Origin: Asaia bogorensis
GTDB lineage: Bacteria > Pseudomonadota > Alphaproteobacteria > CACIAM-22H2
Direction of reading: 5' to 3'
Assembly: GCA_945901855.1 (NCBI GenBank)
Contig: CAMDLT010000013.1
Location: forward strand, 3,421-67,420
DNA length: 64,000 nt
Shown: positions 1 to 10,274 of the stretch, in pieces
How the letters are laid out: every line of letters begins with the position of its first letter
Position numbering within the stretch: the stretch's first letter is position 1
The notes under the pieces: model-generated
Database searches by the model: none
The model's input: only the letters and a program-made list of their open reading frames with translations
What the model was told of the DNA's origin: nothing
Made by a program: the position numbers and the translations under genes

Positions 1-125
1 AACGGCGCGCTGTCGCCCGCATCGAACCCGGCCCAGGCCCGACGACCCTTCGCGCCCCACGAGTTTCCGCCAAGACACACGCGACTGACGAGCAAACCCG
101 ACCGGCCCAGCGTTCCGTATTTCAT
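1..125 (-). CDS. aldo/keto reductase family protein, N-terminal fragment (gene runs off the left edge)
   Basis: Reverse complement of 1-125 reads ATG-MKYGTLGRSGLLVSRVCLGGNSWGAKGRR..., the typical AKR N-terminus (MKYRxLGxSGLxVSxLxLG). A GGAG lies about 8 nt upstream. No stop before the window edge. Not in the ORF track because it is truncated. Confidence 0.5.
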   Translation of the reverse strand, partial: MKYGTLGRSGLLVSRVCLGGNSWGAKGRRAWAGFDAGDSAP

Positions 126-382
126 GGTCCTAATCTCCAAAAAACGTCGACGAGCGAGTATGCACGACCCGTGCCTCGAATGCCTACGACCTGCCTCCGT
201 CGACCGACAGAATATGGCCCGAGATCCAGCCCGCCTGCTCGCTTGCAAAAAAACAGTATGCGCCCATACGCCGCTCATGCTGAGCCGCAGTCCCGCCCCC
301 GACGAAATCATCACGATGTGTCCATAGCCCGCTTCGCGCATCGGGGCCACGGCCGCCTGGGCCAGCCAAAACGCGCTGTCGA

Positions 383-1267
383 CTAAAGCGGTTTGAATTC
401 GACCGCCAGCCGGTAGCGCGCGGCTTCGCCCGGCGCCAAAACGCGCACGCCAGGCCGCCGTTCGAGGGCGCCGTCGCTCGTTTCGACCTCGGCCAGTCCC
501 TGCCACGGCTCGATGCACAAAAACGGCGCACCGGGTTTGGTCCAAATGCCAAGTTGCGGGCTGTCGGGAAAACGCACCTCCAGCCCCGGCTCGCCGGGCA
601 CGCCGGGCACGCCGAACCAAATTTTGCGCGAAGCAACGGTCTCGAAATGCAAGGCGCCGGCCTCGAACAACCTGTCGTCGAGGGCCAGCGTGCGCCCTGC
701 AACCGGCGTAGCGAATGTCGCGCGCGCCAGCAAGCCGGTCGTCGGATCCGCGTGCCGGATCGGGGCCGTTTCGTCGCGCTCGAAAACGCACACATAGCGC
801 TGGCGACGCTCGGCTGCCTGCGGCCACAAAAAGCCGGGATGGTAACCAAAGCAAAACGGCATCGCTGCCGTATTGCGGTTCTCGACCGTCGCCGCCATCG
901 CGAGCCCGCTTGCGCGCACTTTGGCCTCGATGCGCAGGGAAAAGCCAAATGGAAACATGGCGCGCGTCTGCGCATCGTCGGTTTGCTCGAACGACGCGTG
1001 CGCGGCTTCATGCCGGACGAGCGCAAACGGACGATCGCGCGCAAAGCCATGCGGCGTCATCTTGAACGTTTCTCCAGCAATCTTGATGGCGTTGCCGGGC
1101 GAACGCCCGATAACCGGAAACAAGATTGGCGCGCGCATGTCCCACCACGCCGGGTTGCCGTGCCAGAGTTGTTCTTGTCCGCGAAAACGCAGACGAACAA
1201 GTTCGGCGCCTGTGGGGGCAAACCAAGCTTCGACCTCTCCGTCCGCAATTTTCACGAGTTCAGTCAT
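383..1267 (-). CDS. aldose 1-epimerase (galactose mutarotase-like) family protein
   Basis: 294-aa ORF with aldose-epimerase-like motifs (GNPAWWDMRAPILFPVIGR, FCFGYHPGF, EPWQGLAE). Sits next to a sugar catabolic locus. Confidence 0.75.
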   Translation of the reverse strand: MTELVKIADGEVEAWFAPTGAELVRLRFRGQEQLWHGNPAWWDMRAPILFPVIGRSPGNAIKIAGETFKMTPHGFARDRPFALVRHEAAHASFEQTDDAQTRAMFPFGFSLRIEAKVRASGLAMAATVENRNTAAMPFCFGYHPGFLWPQAAERRQRYVCVFERDETAPIRHADPTTGLLARATFATPVAGRTLALDDRLFEAGALHFETVASRKIWFGVPGVPGEPGLEVRFPDSPQLGIWTKPGAPFLCIEPWQGLAEVETSDGALERRPGVRVLAPGEAARYRLAVEFKPL

Positions 1268-1395
1268 AACGCGATTTTTCCTTGTCTTGGATCGCCACTA
1301 TATGGATTTTCGAGCATAAAGCGCGACCAACAAGTATCCCGATACCGATAAATTGGTCGAGAACCCGGGATTGACATGGAACAAGCGTCCATAAT

Positions 1396-3171
1396 ATGAG
1401 ATTCGAACTGGCCAAAGAGCCGGATTCGTCCGAGGGAAAACGTCGTTTGAAGAAGCTGGCGATCATCGACAACTCGGAATCGGTTGTCGATCAGGGGCGC
1501 GAAATTCCGGGCGCGCAGGCGCTGCGACGGGGTCTGTCGCTGCTCGATCTTGTCGCCGAACACCCTAGTCGGCTGCGCTTCAGCGAAATTGCGGACCGCG
1601 CAGGGCTCACGCGCGCAACGGTCCATCGCATGCTAGCCACGCTTGTCGAGGCGGGGTTGCTGCGCATCGACGAACGCGACCAGACCTACAGCCTCGGATT
1701 TCGCCTGTTCGAAATGGCGCATCGCGTGTGGGACCAGTTCGATCTGCGCTCGGCGGCGGAACCTGAACTCGAGCGCTTGCGCGATTTGACGGGCGAAACG
1801 ATCCGCCTTGGCATATTGGACGCGGGCGACATTCTCTATATCGACCAGCGCGAGGCGGCCCAGGCGGTGCGTCTTGGCAATGGTGTCGGCTCGCGCACCG
1901 CAAGCTTCGCCAGCGGTGCCGGCAAAGCCATTCTGGCGCACCTAGACCCGCTGCATCGCGAACAACTGCTCAACGCGCTTGAGCTGCGCAAATTTACGCC
2001 CAACACCATCGCCTTGCGCGCCGAACTCGACCGCGAACTCGATCTCACCAAAGCGCGCGGCTACGCCGTGTCGCTCGAAGAACAGCATCTTGGCATCAAT
2101 TCGGTTGCCGCCCCCATCCTCGACCAGCGTGCGCGCTCGATCGGCGCCATCGCGATCGTCGGCCCGTCCTACCGGCTGTCGGCCGATCGGCTGCATGCGC
2201 TGGGCCGCGAGGTGATGGAAGCGGCGCGGCGCATCTCTGGCAATGCAGGACAAGTCGCGATGTCGATCCAAATCAACCCGCGACCGCTCGGCGCCGATCG
2301 CGACGATCTGGTTTCGGCCATTCCGACCACCGCGTTTTTGGGCGAGGGACCGGTTTGGCTTGCCGCCGAAAACCGTTTGATGCTGGTCGATATTTTGGCC
2401 CCCGCGATCGTCGTGGCAGACCCCCAGACGGGTAGCTATGTCTCGCACAAGATGCCGGAGCTGGTCGGCGCGGTCGTGCCGCGTCGTCGCGGCGGCTATG
2501 TCGCGGCGATGCAAAACGGCTTTAAAGCGATCGACCTTGCGGGCGGGCGTGTCACGACGATCGCGGCCCCCGAGGTCGACAGGCCCGGCAATCGCTTCAA
2601 CGACGCCAAGTGCGACCGACGCGGGCGTTTTTGGGCAGGCACGCTCGCGATCGACACCACGCCGGGGCACGGCGCGCTCTATCGTCTCGACCCCGACGGG
2701 CGCTGCCTCAAAATGGACAGCGGGTTTCATATCTCGAACGGGCTTGGCTGGAGCCCCGACGACAAGGTTTTTTACTTCACGGACTCGGGCGCCAAACGCA
2801 TCTACGCCTACGATTTCGACATCGAAAACGGCGAACTCGCCGGGCGGCGCGCGTTCGTACAGGTGCCCGACGGCGTCGGCACGCCCGACGGCCTTGCGGT
2901 CGATGCCGAGGGTTTTGTGTGGTCCGCGCATTGGGATGGCTGGTGCGTCACGCGCTACGACCCCGACGGCAAAGTCGAGCGCGTGATCAACCTGCCTGTG
3001 CCGCGCCCGACCAGCTGCGCGTTCGGCGGCGCCGACCTTGGCACGCTTTTCATCACCAGCGCGCGCATCCGCCTGTCGGCCCAGCAATTGGCCGAAGCGC
3101 CGCTGTCGGGCAGCGTGTTCGCGCTCAATGCGGGCGTGCGCGGTCTTGCCGAAGTCCCGTTCGCGGGCTGA
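1396..3171 (+). CDS. IclR-family transcriptional regulator fused in frame to an SMP-30/gluconolactonase/LRE-like (SGL) domain
   Basis: Residues 1-288 have an IclR HTH ([43 protein letters not shown]) and an IclR ligand-binding region. Residues 289-591 have SGL beta-propeller motifs ([72 protein letters not shown]). No stop codon separates the two parts. An internal ATG at 2261 is preceded by AGGAC. Confidence 0.7.
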   Translation: MRFELAKEPDSSEGKRRLKKLAIIDNSESVVDQGREIPGAQALRRGLSLLDLVAEHPSRLRFSEIADRAGLTRATVHRMLATLVEAGLLRIDERDQTYSLGFRLFEMAHRVWDQFDLRSAAEPELERLRDLTGETIRLGILDAGDILYIDQREAAQAVRLGNGVGSRTASFASGAGKAILAHLDPLHREQLLNALELRKFTPNTIALRAELDRELDLTKARGYAVSLEEQHLGINSVAAPILDQRARSIGAIAIVGPSYRLSADRLHALGREVMEAARRISGNAGQVAMSIQINPRPLGADRDDLVSAIPTTAFLGEGPVWLAAENRLMLVDILAPAIVVADPQTGSYVSHKMPELVGAVVPRRRGGYVAAMQNGFKAIDLAGGRVTTIAAPEVDRPGNRFNDAKCDRRGRFWAGTLAIDTTPGHGALYRLDPDGRCLKMDSGFHISNGLGWSPDDKVFYFTDSGAKRIYAYDFDIENGELAGRRAFVQVPDGVGTPDGLAVDAEGFVWSAHWDGWCVTRYDPDGKVERVINLPVPRPTSCAFGGADLGTLFITSARIRLSAQQLAEAPLSGSVFALNAGVRGLAEVPFAG

Positions 3172-3184
3172 AGGAAAAACGCCA

Positions 3185-4261
3185 ATGGCCAGCGTCACGC
3201 TCGACAACGTGCAAAAAGATTTCAACGGCACAAAAGTTCTGCACGGCATCGACCTGCAGATCGACGACGGCGAGTTCGTCGTATTTGTCGGCCCCTCGGG
3301 CTGCGGCAAATCGACCTTGCTGCGGCTGATCTGCGGGCTCGACGATGCAAGTGCCGGGCGCATCGCGATCGACGGCGAAATCGTCAACGACGTGCCGCCC
3401 GCCAAGCGCGGCATCGCGATGGTGTTCCAGTCCTACGCGCTCTATCCGCATATGAGCGTGGCCGACAATATGGGCTACGCGTTGCGGCTGGCGGGCACGC
3501 CGCGCGCCGAAATCGACCGCCGCGTCGGGGCGGCCGCCGCCATTTTGCGGCTCGATGCGCTGCTCGACCGCAAGCCGCGCCAGCTTTCCGGCGGCCAGCG
3601 CCAGCGCGTCGCGATCGGTCGCGCTATCGTGCGCGAACCGCGCATCTTTCTGTTCGACGAACCGCTCTCCAATCTCGATGCGGCCTTGCGCGTCGACATG
3701 CGCGCGGAGATCGCCGGGCTCAAGCGGCGCTTGGGCACCACGATGGTCTATGTCACGCACGACCAGATCGAAGCGATGACACTCGCCGACAAAATCGTTG
3801 TCATGCATGCCGGACGCGTCGAACAGGTCGGCTCGCCGCTCGATCTCTATCGCCGCCCGGCCAACCGGTTCGTCGCGACGTTCATCGGATCGCCGCGCAT
3901 GAATCTCGTTGCGGCCCGCAGCGACGGCACCGGCCGCGTGCAGCTCGCGGACCAAACGCCGGTTCCTTTGCGCGCGGCGGCGTCGCTGACGGGCCTCGAA
4001 ATCGGCTTGCGCGCCGAACATATCCGCATTCGCGCCGACAGCAAGACGGCCGACTTCGTCGGCACCGTGCAAACGCTCGAACATCACGGGGCGGATATCT
4101 TTGCCCATGTCGTGCTGCCGGGGTCGGATGCCAAACTTGTCGTGCGCCAGTCCGGCGACAGCACGCTGGCTATCGGCACGTCAGTGCCTCTAGCCGTCGA
4201 TTGGAGCCAAACGCATCTGTTTGGAAGCGACGGCACGCGCCTCGATCTGGTGGCGGCATGA
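3185..4261 (+). CDS. sugar ABC transporter ATP-binding protein (MalK/UgpC type)
   Basis: Walker [10 protein letters not shown], signature [14 protein letters not shown], Walker [14 protein letters not shown], and a C-terminal MalK-like regulatory domain. Start chosen at [10 protein letters not shown], 14 nt after the upstream stop. Confidence 0.9.
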   Translation: MASVTLDNVQKDFNGTKVLHGIDLQIDDGEFVVFVGPSGCGKSTLLRLICGLDDASAGRIAIDGEIVNDVPPAKRGIAMVFQSYALYPHMSVADNMGYALRLAGTPRAEIDRRVGAAAAILRLDALLDRKPRQLSGGQRQRVAIGRAIVREPRIFLFDEPLSNLDAALRVDMRAEIAGLKRRLGTTMVYVTHDQIEAMTLADKIVVMHAGRVEQVGSPLDLYRRPANRFVATFIGSPRMNLVAARSDGTGRVQLADQTPVPLRAAASLTGLEIGLRAEHIRIRADSKTADFVGTVQTLEHHGADIFAHVVLPGSDAKLVVRQSGDSTLAIGTSVPLAVDWSQTHLFGSDGTRLDLVAA

Positions 4262-5025
4262 GCGCGATTTATCCCGATCTAGCTGGCATGCCCGTGCTCG
4301 TAACCGGCGGGGCGTCGGGCATTGGCGAGGCGATCGTGGCCGCTTTTGCCGCGCAAAAAGCGCGCGTTGCCGCGATCGACATCGACGGCGACCGTCTGGC
4401 CAAAACGGCGGCCAGCATCGCGGCGGCGACGGGCACGACGATCGAAACCCATGCGGTCGATCTGCGCGACATCGCGGCCCTGCGCGCCGCCATCGCCGCA
4501 CTTGCCGCTCGCACCGGGCCGTTCAAGGCGCTGGTCAACAATGCGGGCGACGATGCGCGCCATCCTTGGCGGGACGTGACGCCCGAATTGTGGGACGACC
4601 GGTTTGCGGTCAATGCGCGCCACCAGTTTTTTGCGGCGCAAGCCGTTGCCCCCGCAATGGCCGATGCCGGCGGCGGCGCCATCGTCAATCTCGGCTCCAT
4701 CTCGTGGATGTTCGGCGCGGCCGGCCTCATCGCCTACACGACGGCAAAGTCCGCCATCATGGGGCTGACGAAGTCGCTGGCGCGCGAACTGGGCGGGCTT
4801 GGCATTCGCGTCAACTCGATCGCGCCCGGCTGGGTCTTGACCGAAAAGCAGATCGCGCGCGCCAACGCCGACGATCCCGCCAAGTTCAAGGCCTATCTCG
4901 ACCGGCAATGCCTCAAAGAACATCTGGCGCCCGACGACGTCGCCAGACTCGTGCTGTGGCTTGCCAGCGCAGAATCGCGCCGGTGCAGCGGGCAGACGTT
5001 CGTGCTCGACGCGGGTGTCGTGTGA
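4258..5025 (+). CDS. SDR-family oxidoreductase (probable sugar or sugar-acid dehydrogenase)
   Basis: [11 protein letters not shown] glycine-rich NAD(P) motif, NNAG, and the YxxxK catalytic pair ([16 protein letters not shown]). The start overlaps the upstream stop as ATGA. Confidence 0.85.
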   Translation: MSAIYPDLAGMPVLVTGGASGIGEAIVAAFAAQKARVAAIDIDGDRLAKTAASIAAATGTTIETHAVDLRDIAALRAAIAALAARTGPFKALVNNAGDDARHPWRDVTPELWDDRFAVNARHQFFAAQAVAPAMADAGGGAIVNLGSISWMFGAAGLIAYTTAKSAIMGLTKSLARELGGLGIRVNSIAPGWVLTEKQIARANADDPAKFKAYLDRQCLKEHLAPDDVARLVLWLASAESRRCSGQTFVLDAGVV

Positions 5026-5115
5026 AGATCCGGTTCTGAATATCTGCGCAGGCGCGGCGCGCAGCAAAAAAAAACACGGACCATCCGCGAGGTCCGAACC
5101 TAGGGAGAGGACAGC

Positions 5116-6399
5116 ATGCTCGATCTCAATCGCCGCCAGTTCGGCGCTCTTGCCGCGGCGGGCGTCGCCAGTGCCGCCGTGCGGCCCGCGCGCGCGCAAG
5201 CAAGCCAGATGAACTTCATGAGCTTTACCTTCGCCGAAGAACCCAACAAACCGTTTGTCGTAAGTCTGATCGACACGTTCAAGAGTTCGAGCGGCGTGAG
5301 CGTCGAGCCGATCGCGACCGCCTGGGGCGACACCCAGCGCAACGTCATGCTGCGCCAGCGCTCGCGCACGCTGCCCGACAGCGTGCAGTTGCAGGACCGC
5401 TGGCTTCCCTCGATGGCGTCCTTGCCCGAGATCGTCGATCTCGACGCGCTGATCGGTCGGCCTGCGATCGAAGCGGCTTTGGCGCCCACGGCCTTGGGCC
5501 TGGGTCGCGTCGGCGGCAAACAGATCGGCATTCCGCTGATCTCCGGCTCGGTCGGCATGGTCGCCAATTCCGAAGTGCTGGCCAAAGCGGGCGTGGCCAA
5601 GATTCCCGAAACGCTGGCCGAATTCCGCGCGGCTTTGATTGCCGTGCGCGACCGCGTGCCCAACTCGGTGCCGTTCGCTATGGCCACCAAAAATCCCAAT
5701 TCCATCCCGCTCGACGTGCTGCTGATCTATTGGGCATTCGGCGCGCGCATGATCGACGAAACGGGCGAAGTGCATGTCGCCTCGGCCGAAGGCAAGGCGG
5801 CCATGGACTTCATCGCGGGCCTCATGAAGGACCGGCTCGTCGCACCGGAAATCGACCGACCCGATTCGCGGCGCCTGTTTGCGCAAGGGAATGCTGCGTT
5901 CTATTTCGACCCGCCTGTCGCCCGCACGTTCGCGCGCAGCTTCTCGGGGCGCGGGCCCGCGGCCGACGCGTTTGTCGTGCCGATGAAAACGCCGGTTCTA
6001 AAGGCAGGCGACGTGCCGCGCTCGGTCGAGTGGGGCCATATCGTGACGCTGTTCAACAGTCCGGCCAATCGCGACCGCAACGGCCCGGGTGCGAAGTGGA
6101 TTTCGCACATCCTGTCCGATGCCGTGCAGACGACATTCCCGCTGCAGGTTGGCGGCCTGCCCGTCACCAAATCGGGGCGTGCCGCACCTGTCGTGCAGAA
6201 CGACCCGTTCCTCAAAGCTTGGGCCGAGGCGACCGTCGCTACCGGCAAACACGAGATCGGCATTTGGGACAACTCGCCCGAATTGTCGACCATCTTGAGC
6301 GAGGAAACGCAAGCCGCCTTGCTCGGCCAGAAAACCGCCAACGCCGCCGCCGATTCCATGCAGAGCCGCATGAAAGCGTCGATGGCCAAGCGCGGCTGA
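5116..6399 (+). CDS. ABC transporter substrate-binding protein (family 1 / CUT1, sugar-type) with Tat signal
   Basis: N-terminal MLDLNRRQFGALAAAGVASAAVRPARA twin-arginine signal. About 43 kDa periplasmic protein, followed by two MalFG-type permeases. Confidence 0.8.
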   Translation: MLDLNRRQFGALAAAGVASAAVRPARAQASQMNFMSFTFAEEPNKPFVVSLIDTFKSSSGVSVEPIATAWGDTQRNVMLRQRSRTLPDSVQLQDRWLPSMASLPEIVDLDALIGRPAIEAALAPTALGLGRVGGKQIGIPLISGSVGMVANSEVLAKAGVAKIPETLAEFRAALIAVRDRVPNSVPFAMATKNPNSIPLDVLLIYWAFGARMIDETGEVHVASAEGKAAMDFIAGLMKDRLVAPEIDRPDSRRLFAQGNAAFYFDPPVARTFARSFSGRGPAADAFVVPMKTPVLKAGDVPRSVEWGHIVTLFNSPANRDRNGPGAKWISHILSDAVQTTFPLQVGGLPVTKSGRAAPVVQNDPFLKAWAEATVATGKHEIGIWDNSPELSTILSEETQAALLGQKTANAAADSMQSRMKASMAKRG

Positions 6400-6401
6400 C
6401 G

Positions 6402-7337
6402 GTGGCTCGCACGACCACCTTGGAGGAACCGCCTCTTCGCATCTCCCCCGCCGCACGGCGGGGGGGATTGAAGGCGGGCGAACGGCGCATCGGCTGGCTG
6501 TTCTTGGTGCCGGCATTGGTCGCCTTTACCGCCGTGATCGCATTGCCGTTTGTGCGCGCGCTTGGCATCGCGTTCACGCGAAACGATCTGCGCACGCCGG
6601 TGCCGCGTTTCATCGGCTTCGACAATTTCCGGACGATCCTCGCCTCGCCCGAGATCATGGGATCGTTCTTCACGACCGCCATCTATGTCACGGCGGCGAC
6701 CGCCTTTACGCTCGTGCTGGGTCTGGCATGGGCGCTTATTTTGAACCAGCCGTTTCGCGGCCGCACGGCGTTGCGCGCCGCCTCGCTGATTCCCTGGGTG
6801 CTGCCCAGCACTGTTACGGCCTTTGTCTGGGGCTGGATTTTCAACAGCCGTTACGGCGTGCTCAATGCGGCCCTGATCGAAATCGGCGCCATCGACAGCC
6901 AGCAAGCCTGGCTTTCGGACGCGACAGGCGCCATGGTCGCCGTTGTCATAACCAAAGTTTGGTTCTCGATCCCGCTCTTCATGTCGTTTTTTCTGGCAGG
7001 CCTGCAAGGGCTCGATCGCGAGCAGATCGACGCCGCGCGCGTGGACGGTGCGGGCAATTTCGCGATCCTGCGCGACCATATCCTGCCGCATCTGCGCCCC
7101 GTGACGCTGGTGGTCGTCGTCCTCGGCTTGATCGGCAATTTGCAGCATTTCGACACGATCTTCGCCTTGACCAGCGGTGGCCCCGTGCGCTCGACGACCG
7201 TGCTGTCGATCGAAGTGTTTAGGCGCGCGTTCGACCAATGGGACATCGGGCTTGCGTCGGCGATCGGACTTTTGTGGGTGCTGACGATCCTGCCGGCCGC
7301 CTATTTTTATATTCGCCACCTGCTGAAAGGCGTCTAG
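6402..7337 (+). CDS. ABC transporter permease (MalF/UgpA-like)
   Basis: Multi-TM protein with the EAA-type loop (IDAARVDGAGNFAILRDHILP). Start taken as the GTG immediately after the binding-protein stop; the real start is somewhere in 6402-6480. Confidence 0.75.
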   Translation: MARTTTLEEPPLRISPAARRGGLKAGERRIGWLFLVPALVAFTAVIALPFVRALGIAFTRNDLRTPVPRFIGFDNFRTILASPEIMGSFFTTAIYVTAATAFTLVLGLAWALILNQPFRGRTALRAASLIPWVLPSTVTAFVWGWIFNSRYGVLNAALIEIGAIDSQQAWLSDATGAMVAVVITKVWFSIPLFMSFFLAGLQGLDREQIDAARVDGAGNFAILRDHILPHLRPVTLVVVVLGLIGNLQHFDTIFALTSGGPVRSTTVLSIEVFRRAFDQWDIGLASAIGLLWVLTILPAAYFYIRHLLKGV

Positions 7338-7341
7338 GGAC

Positions 7342-8178
7342 ATGCTGGATCTCTCGTCTCTCAGGGCCCGCACGGTTTTTGCGATCGCCGCCGCTTTGAT
7401 CGGATTTTTCCTGTTCTTCCCGATCTACTGGCTCGCCATCTCGGCCTTCAAGGGCAATGCCGAGCTCTATCGCATCGTGCCGACCTTGTGGCCGCAAGAC
7501 CCGACATTGGCGAATTTTGTGACTGCTTTCACGCGCGGAAATCTGCTGCTGCATCTCAAGAACAGTCTGTTCGTCTCGGGTAGTGCGGCCGCGATCAATT
7601 CGATCCTCGCGATGTACGCGGGCTATTCGTTCGCCAAATTCCGCTATCCGGGACGGCGCGCGGTGATGCTGCTGCTGCTGTCGGCGCAGGTCTTTCCGTT
7701 CGGCCTGCTGCTGATCAGCCTCTATCCGATGATGACCGATCTCGGTCTTATCGACACGCGGCCGGGCCTGATCTTGTCCTATATCGTCTTCGCTTTGCCG
7801 GTTTCGACCTACATGCTTTACAGCTATTTCAGCCAGGTGCCGAGCGAGCTCATCGAGGCCGCGCGCGCCGACGGGGCGAGCGAGCTGCGCATTTTCCACA
7901 CGATCGTTCTGCCGGTTTCGATCCCGGCCGTCGTGACGGTGTTCCTCTACGGCTTCATGTGGTCGTGGAACGATCTGCTCTACGCGATGACGCTGATCGT
8001 CTCGGAAGACAAACGCACGGTCGGGCCGGGCCTGCTGCTGAGCTATCTCAACGAAACCAATGCCGATTGGGGCGGTGCCATGGCCGCCTCGCTGGTCGCG
8101 TCGCTGCCGATCGTTCTGGCATTCGGATTTTTGCAGCGTTGGTTCATCGAAGGCGTCACAGCGGGGTCGGTAAAATGA
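7342..8178 (+). CDS. ABC transporter permease (MalG/UgpE-like)
   Basis: 278 aa, six predicted TM segments, EAA motif (IEAARADGASELRIFHTIVLP). Confidence 0.85.
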   Translation: MLDLSSLRARTVFAIAAALIGFFLFFPIYWLAISAFKGNAELYRIVPTLWPQDPTLANFVTAFTRGNLLLHLKNSLFVSGSAAAINSILAMYAGYSFAKFRYPGRRAVMLLLLSAQVFPFGLLLISLYPMMTDLGLIDTRPGLILSYIVFALPVSTYMLYSYFSQVPSELIEAARADGASELRIFHTIVLPVSIPAVVTVFLYGFMWSWNDLLYAMTLIVSEDKRTVGPGLLLSYLNETNADWGGAMAASLVASLPIVLAFGFLQRWFIEGVTAGSVK

Positions 8179-9092
8179 GTATGCTCGAAGGCGTTTTTCC
8201 AGTTCTGCCGACGCCGTTTGCGCCCGACGGCACGATCGACCGAACTGCCTTTGCGGGACTCGTCGACTTCGTCGTCGGCGCGGGCGCGGACGGCGTCGTC
8301 TTCCCAGGCATGGCAAGCGAGGTCGAAAAACTCGCGCCGGACGAGCGCGCATTGCTCGTCGCCGACCTTGGCAAGCATATCGGCGGCCGCGTGCCGATCA
8401 TTGTGGGCGCCAGCGCGGCGACGCCCGATGCCGCCGCCGCGTTTGCCGAAGAAGGACGCAAGATCGGCGCAGTTGCCGCAATGATCATGGCGCCCGCCGC
8501 GTGCGGTGCCGACATTCCAAGCCATATCGCGTTCTACAGCGCGGTCGGCGCCAAAACCGGCATCAAACTGATGCTGCAAAACGCCCCGTCGCCGATGGGG
8601 GCAGGCCTGTCGCCAGACGCGGTCGCCCAGATCGTGCTCGCCGTGCCCGCAATTCGCTACGTCAAGGAGGAGACCCTGCCCTGCGGCCAGCACGTGACGA
8701 AGATTCTGGCGCTCGCGGGACATCGGTTGGACGGCGTGTTCGGCGGCGCCGGGGCGCGTTACGTCATCGACGAGCTGGCGCGCGGCGCGCGCGGCACCAT
8801 GCCCGCCAGCGAACTTGCGGACGTGCATGTGGCGTTGATGCGCGCGTGGCGCGACAGCGACAAAAAGCGCGCGCGCGCGCTCTATTCGCGCACGCTGCCG
8901 CTGCTGCTTTTCCAGGCGATCTTCCGCGTGCGCGCGACCAAGACGCTGCTGCGCATGCGCGGCCTGCTCGACTGCGATTTCGCGCGCGCCGCCGGCCCCG
9001 AACTCGACGCCAACGACCGCCTAGAGTTCGCGGCACTCGCCGCCGAAGCCGCCGATCTGTTCGAACGCCATCCTTTGCAGCGAGACATCTGA
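8175..9092 (+). CDS. dihydrodipicolinate synthase (DapA/NAL) family lyase, probable 2-keto-3-deoxy sugar-acid aldolase or dehydratase
   Basis: Starts MSMLEGVFPVLPTPFAPDGTIDRTAF (the N-terminal fold signature of the DHDPS family), with GTMP and YS motifs. ATGA overlap with the upstream permease. Confidence 0.8.
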   Translation: MSMLEGVFPVLPTPFAPDGTIDRTAFAGLVDFVVGAGADGVVFPGMASEVEKLAPDERALLVADLGKHIGGRVPIIVGASAATPDAAAAFAEEGRKIGAVAAMIMAPAACGADIPSHIAFYSAVGAKTGIKLMLQNAPSPMGAGLSPDAVAQIVLAVPAIRYVKEETLPCGQHVTKILALAGHRLDGVFGGAGARYVIDELARGARGTMPASELADVHVALMRAWRDSDKKRARALYSRTLPLLLFQAIFRVRATKTLLRMRGLLDCDFARAAGPELDANDRLEFAALAAEAADLFERHPLQRDI

Positions 9093-9093
9093 C

Positions 9094-10269
9094 ATGCCCC
9101 AACTCGACGCGATCGCCAAAGTCGAAAGCTTCATCGTTTCGATCCCGCGCGACGTGCCCTATCTGGGCCCGCTGCGCGAGGGCGAGCATATCAACGAAAA
9201 AGGCTATCTGATCCGCAAGGGCAACAAGTCGATCTATCCGTCGACCGACATGTCGGTGTTGATCAAGATTACGGGCGAAAGCGGCAAGGTCGGCTGGGGC
9301 GAGACCTACGGCATCGTCGCGCCGCACGCGGTCAAGGCGATCGTCGACGACGTGCTGGCACCCGTGATGCGCGGGCGCGATCCAGCCGACCCCGTCGTGC
9401 TGCACGAAGATCTCTACGACCTCATGCGCGTGCGCGGGTTTTTCGGCGGCTACTATGTCGACAGTCTCGCGGGCGTGGATATCGCCGTGTGGGATCTCTA
9501 CGGCAAACTTGCGGGACTGCCGCTGGCCAATCTTTTGGGCGGCAAACGGCGCACATCCATTCCGGCCTACGTGTCGGGGTTGCCGAAGGCAACCTTGCAG
9601 GAGCGCTGCGACCTAGCCCGCGAATGGGTCGCCAAGGGTTTCAAGGGCATCAAGTTCGCCGCCGCCATGTCGGACGACGGCATCGTCAAAGAGATGGCGG
9701 CGCTGCGCGAGGCCGTGGGCCCCGCCATCCATCTGATGGTCGATCTGCACTGGAAGTTCGAGGCAGCCGAAGCGATCCGCCTGATCCGCAAGCTCGAGGC
9801 TTACGATCTTTATTTCGCCGAAGCGCCGTGCGACCCCGAAGACATGGAAGGCCAGATCGCCGTCGCGCGCGGCATCGGCACCACGCTGGCGCTCGGCGAG
9901 GAGTGGCGCACCGTGTTCGAATACCGGCCGCGCTTCGTGGGCCGCGCGATGGGCGTCATCCAGCCCGAGATGGGCCATACCGGCGTGACCGAGTTCATCC
10001 AGATCGGGCATCTGGCGCATGCGTTCCACGTCGCGACGATCCCGCACGCGTCGATCGGCATCGGCGTGTTCATGGCCGCAAGCCTGCACGCGACGGCGGC
10101 GCTGAAGCGCGTGCCCTACCACGAGTACCAGCATTCGATCTTCGACAAAAATCTGCGCTACGTCACGGGCGATATGTCGTGCGGCGGCGGCGAATACACG
10201 CTTCCAAGCGGTTTCGGGCATGGCGTGGAGCCTGCCGACGCGGTCTTCAACCATATCGTCAAGGGCTAG
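9094..10269 (+). CDS. enolase-superfamily enzyme (mandelate racemase / muconate lactonizing enzyme family), probable sugar-acid dehydratase or cycloisomerase
   Basis: 391 aa with MR/MLE-like capping and barrel regions (AGVDIAVWDLYGK, MVDLHWKF, EAPCDPEDMEG, GIGTTLALGEEW). Lies between two DHDPS-family genes. Confidence 0.8.
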   Translation: MPQLDAIAKVESFIVSIPRDVPYLGPLREGEHINEKGYLIRKGNKSIYPSTDMSVLIKITGESGKVGWGETYGIVAPHAVKAIVDDVLAPVMRGRDPADPVVLHEDLYDLMRVRGFFGGYYVDSLAGVDIAVWDLYGKLAGLPLANLLGGKRRTSIPAYVSGLPKATLQERCDLAREWVAKGFKGIKFAAAMSDDGIVKEMAALREAVGPAIHLMVDLHWKFEAAEAIRLIRKLEAYDLYFAEAPCDPEDMEGQIAVARGIGTTLALGEEWRTVFEYRPRFVGRAMGVIQPEMGHTGVTEFIQIGHLAHAFHVATIPHASIGIGVFMAASLHATAALKRVPYHEYQHSIFDKNLRYVTGDMSCGGGEYTLPSGFGHGVEPADAVFNHIVKG

Positions 10270-10274
10270 GCGCC

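Noticed and set aside
124-386. Small plus-strand ORFs 124..327 and 171..386
   Set aside because: They overlap the start of the partial AKR gene and the intergenic region. They have Arg-rich composition and no RBS.
184-1050. 288-aa minus-strand ORF overlapping the aldose epimerase gene
   Set aside because: Alternative frame of a well-supported gene. Arg-rich, no motifs.
2230-2265. Possibility that the IclR and gluconolactonase parts are two separate genes
   Set aside because: No stop codon exists in frame between them, so as sequenced this is a fusion. It is kept as a finding rather than split into two features.
1942-3414. 490-aa minus-strand ORF antisense to the IclR-SGL and ABC ATPase genes
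   Set aside because: Arg/Ala/Gly-rich low-complexity translation typical of antisense frames in high-GC DNA. It fully overlaps genes with clear family motifs.
4279-7373. Long minus-strand ORFs (4279..5886, 5901..7373) antisense to the SDR, binding-protein and permease genes
   Set aside because: High-GC antisense artefacts. No motifs, and they overlap an operon with strong sense-strand signals.
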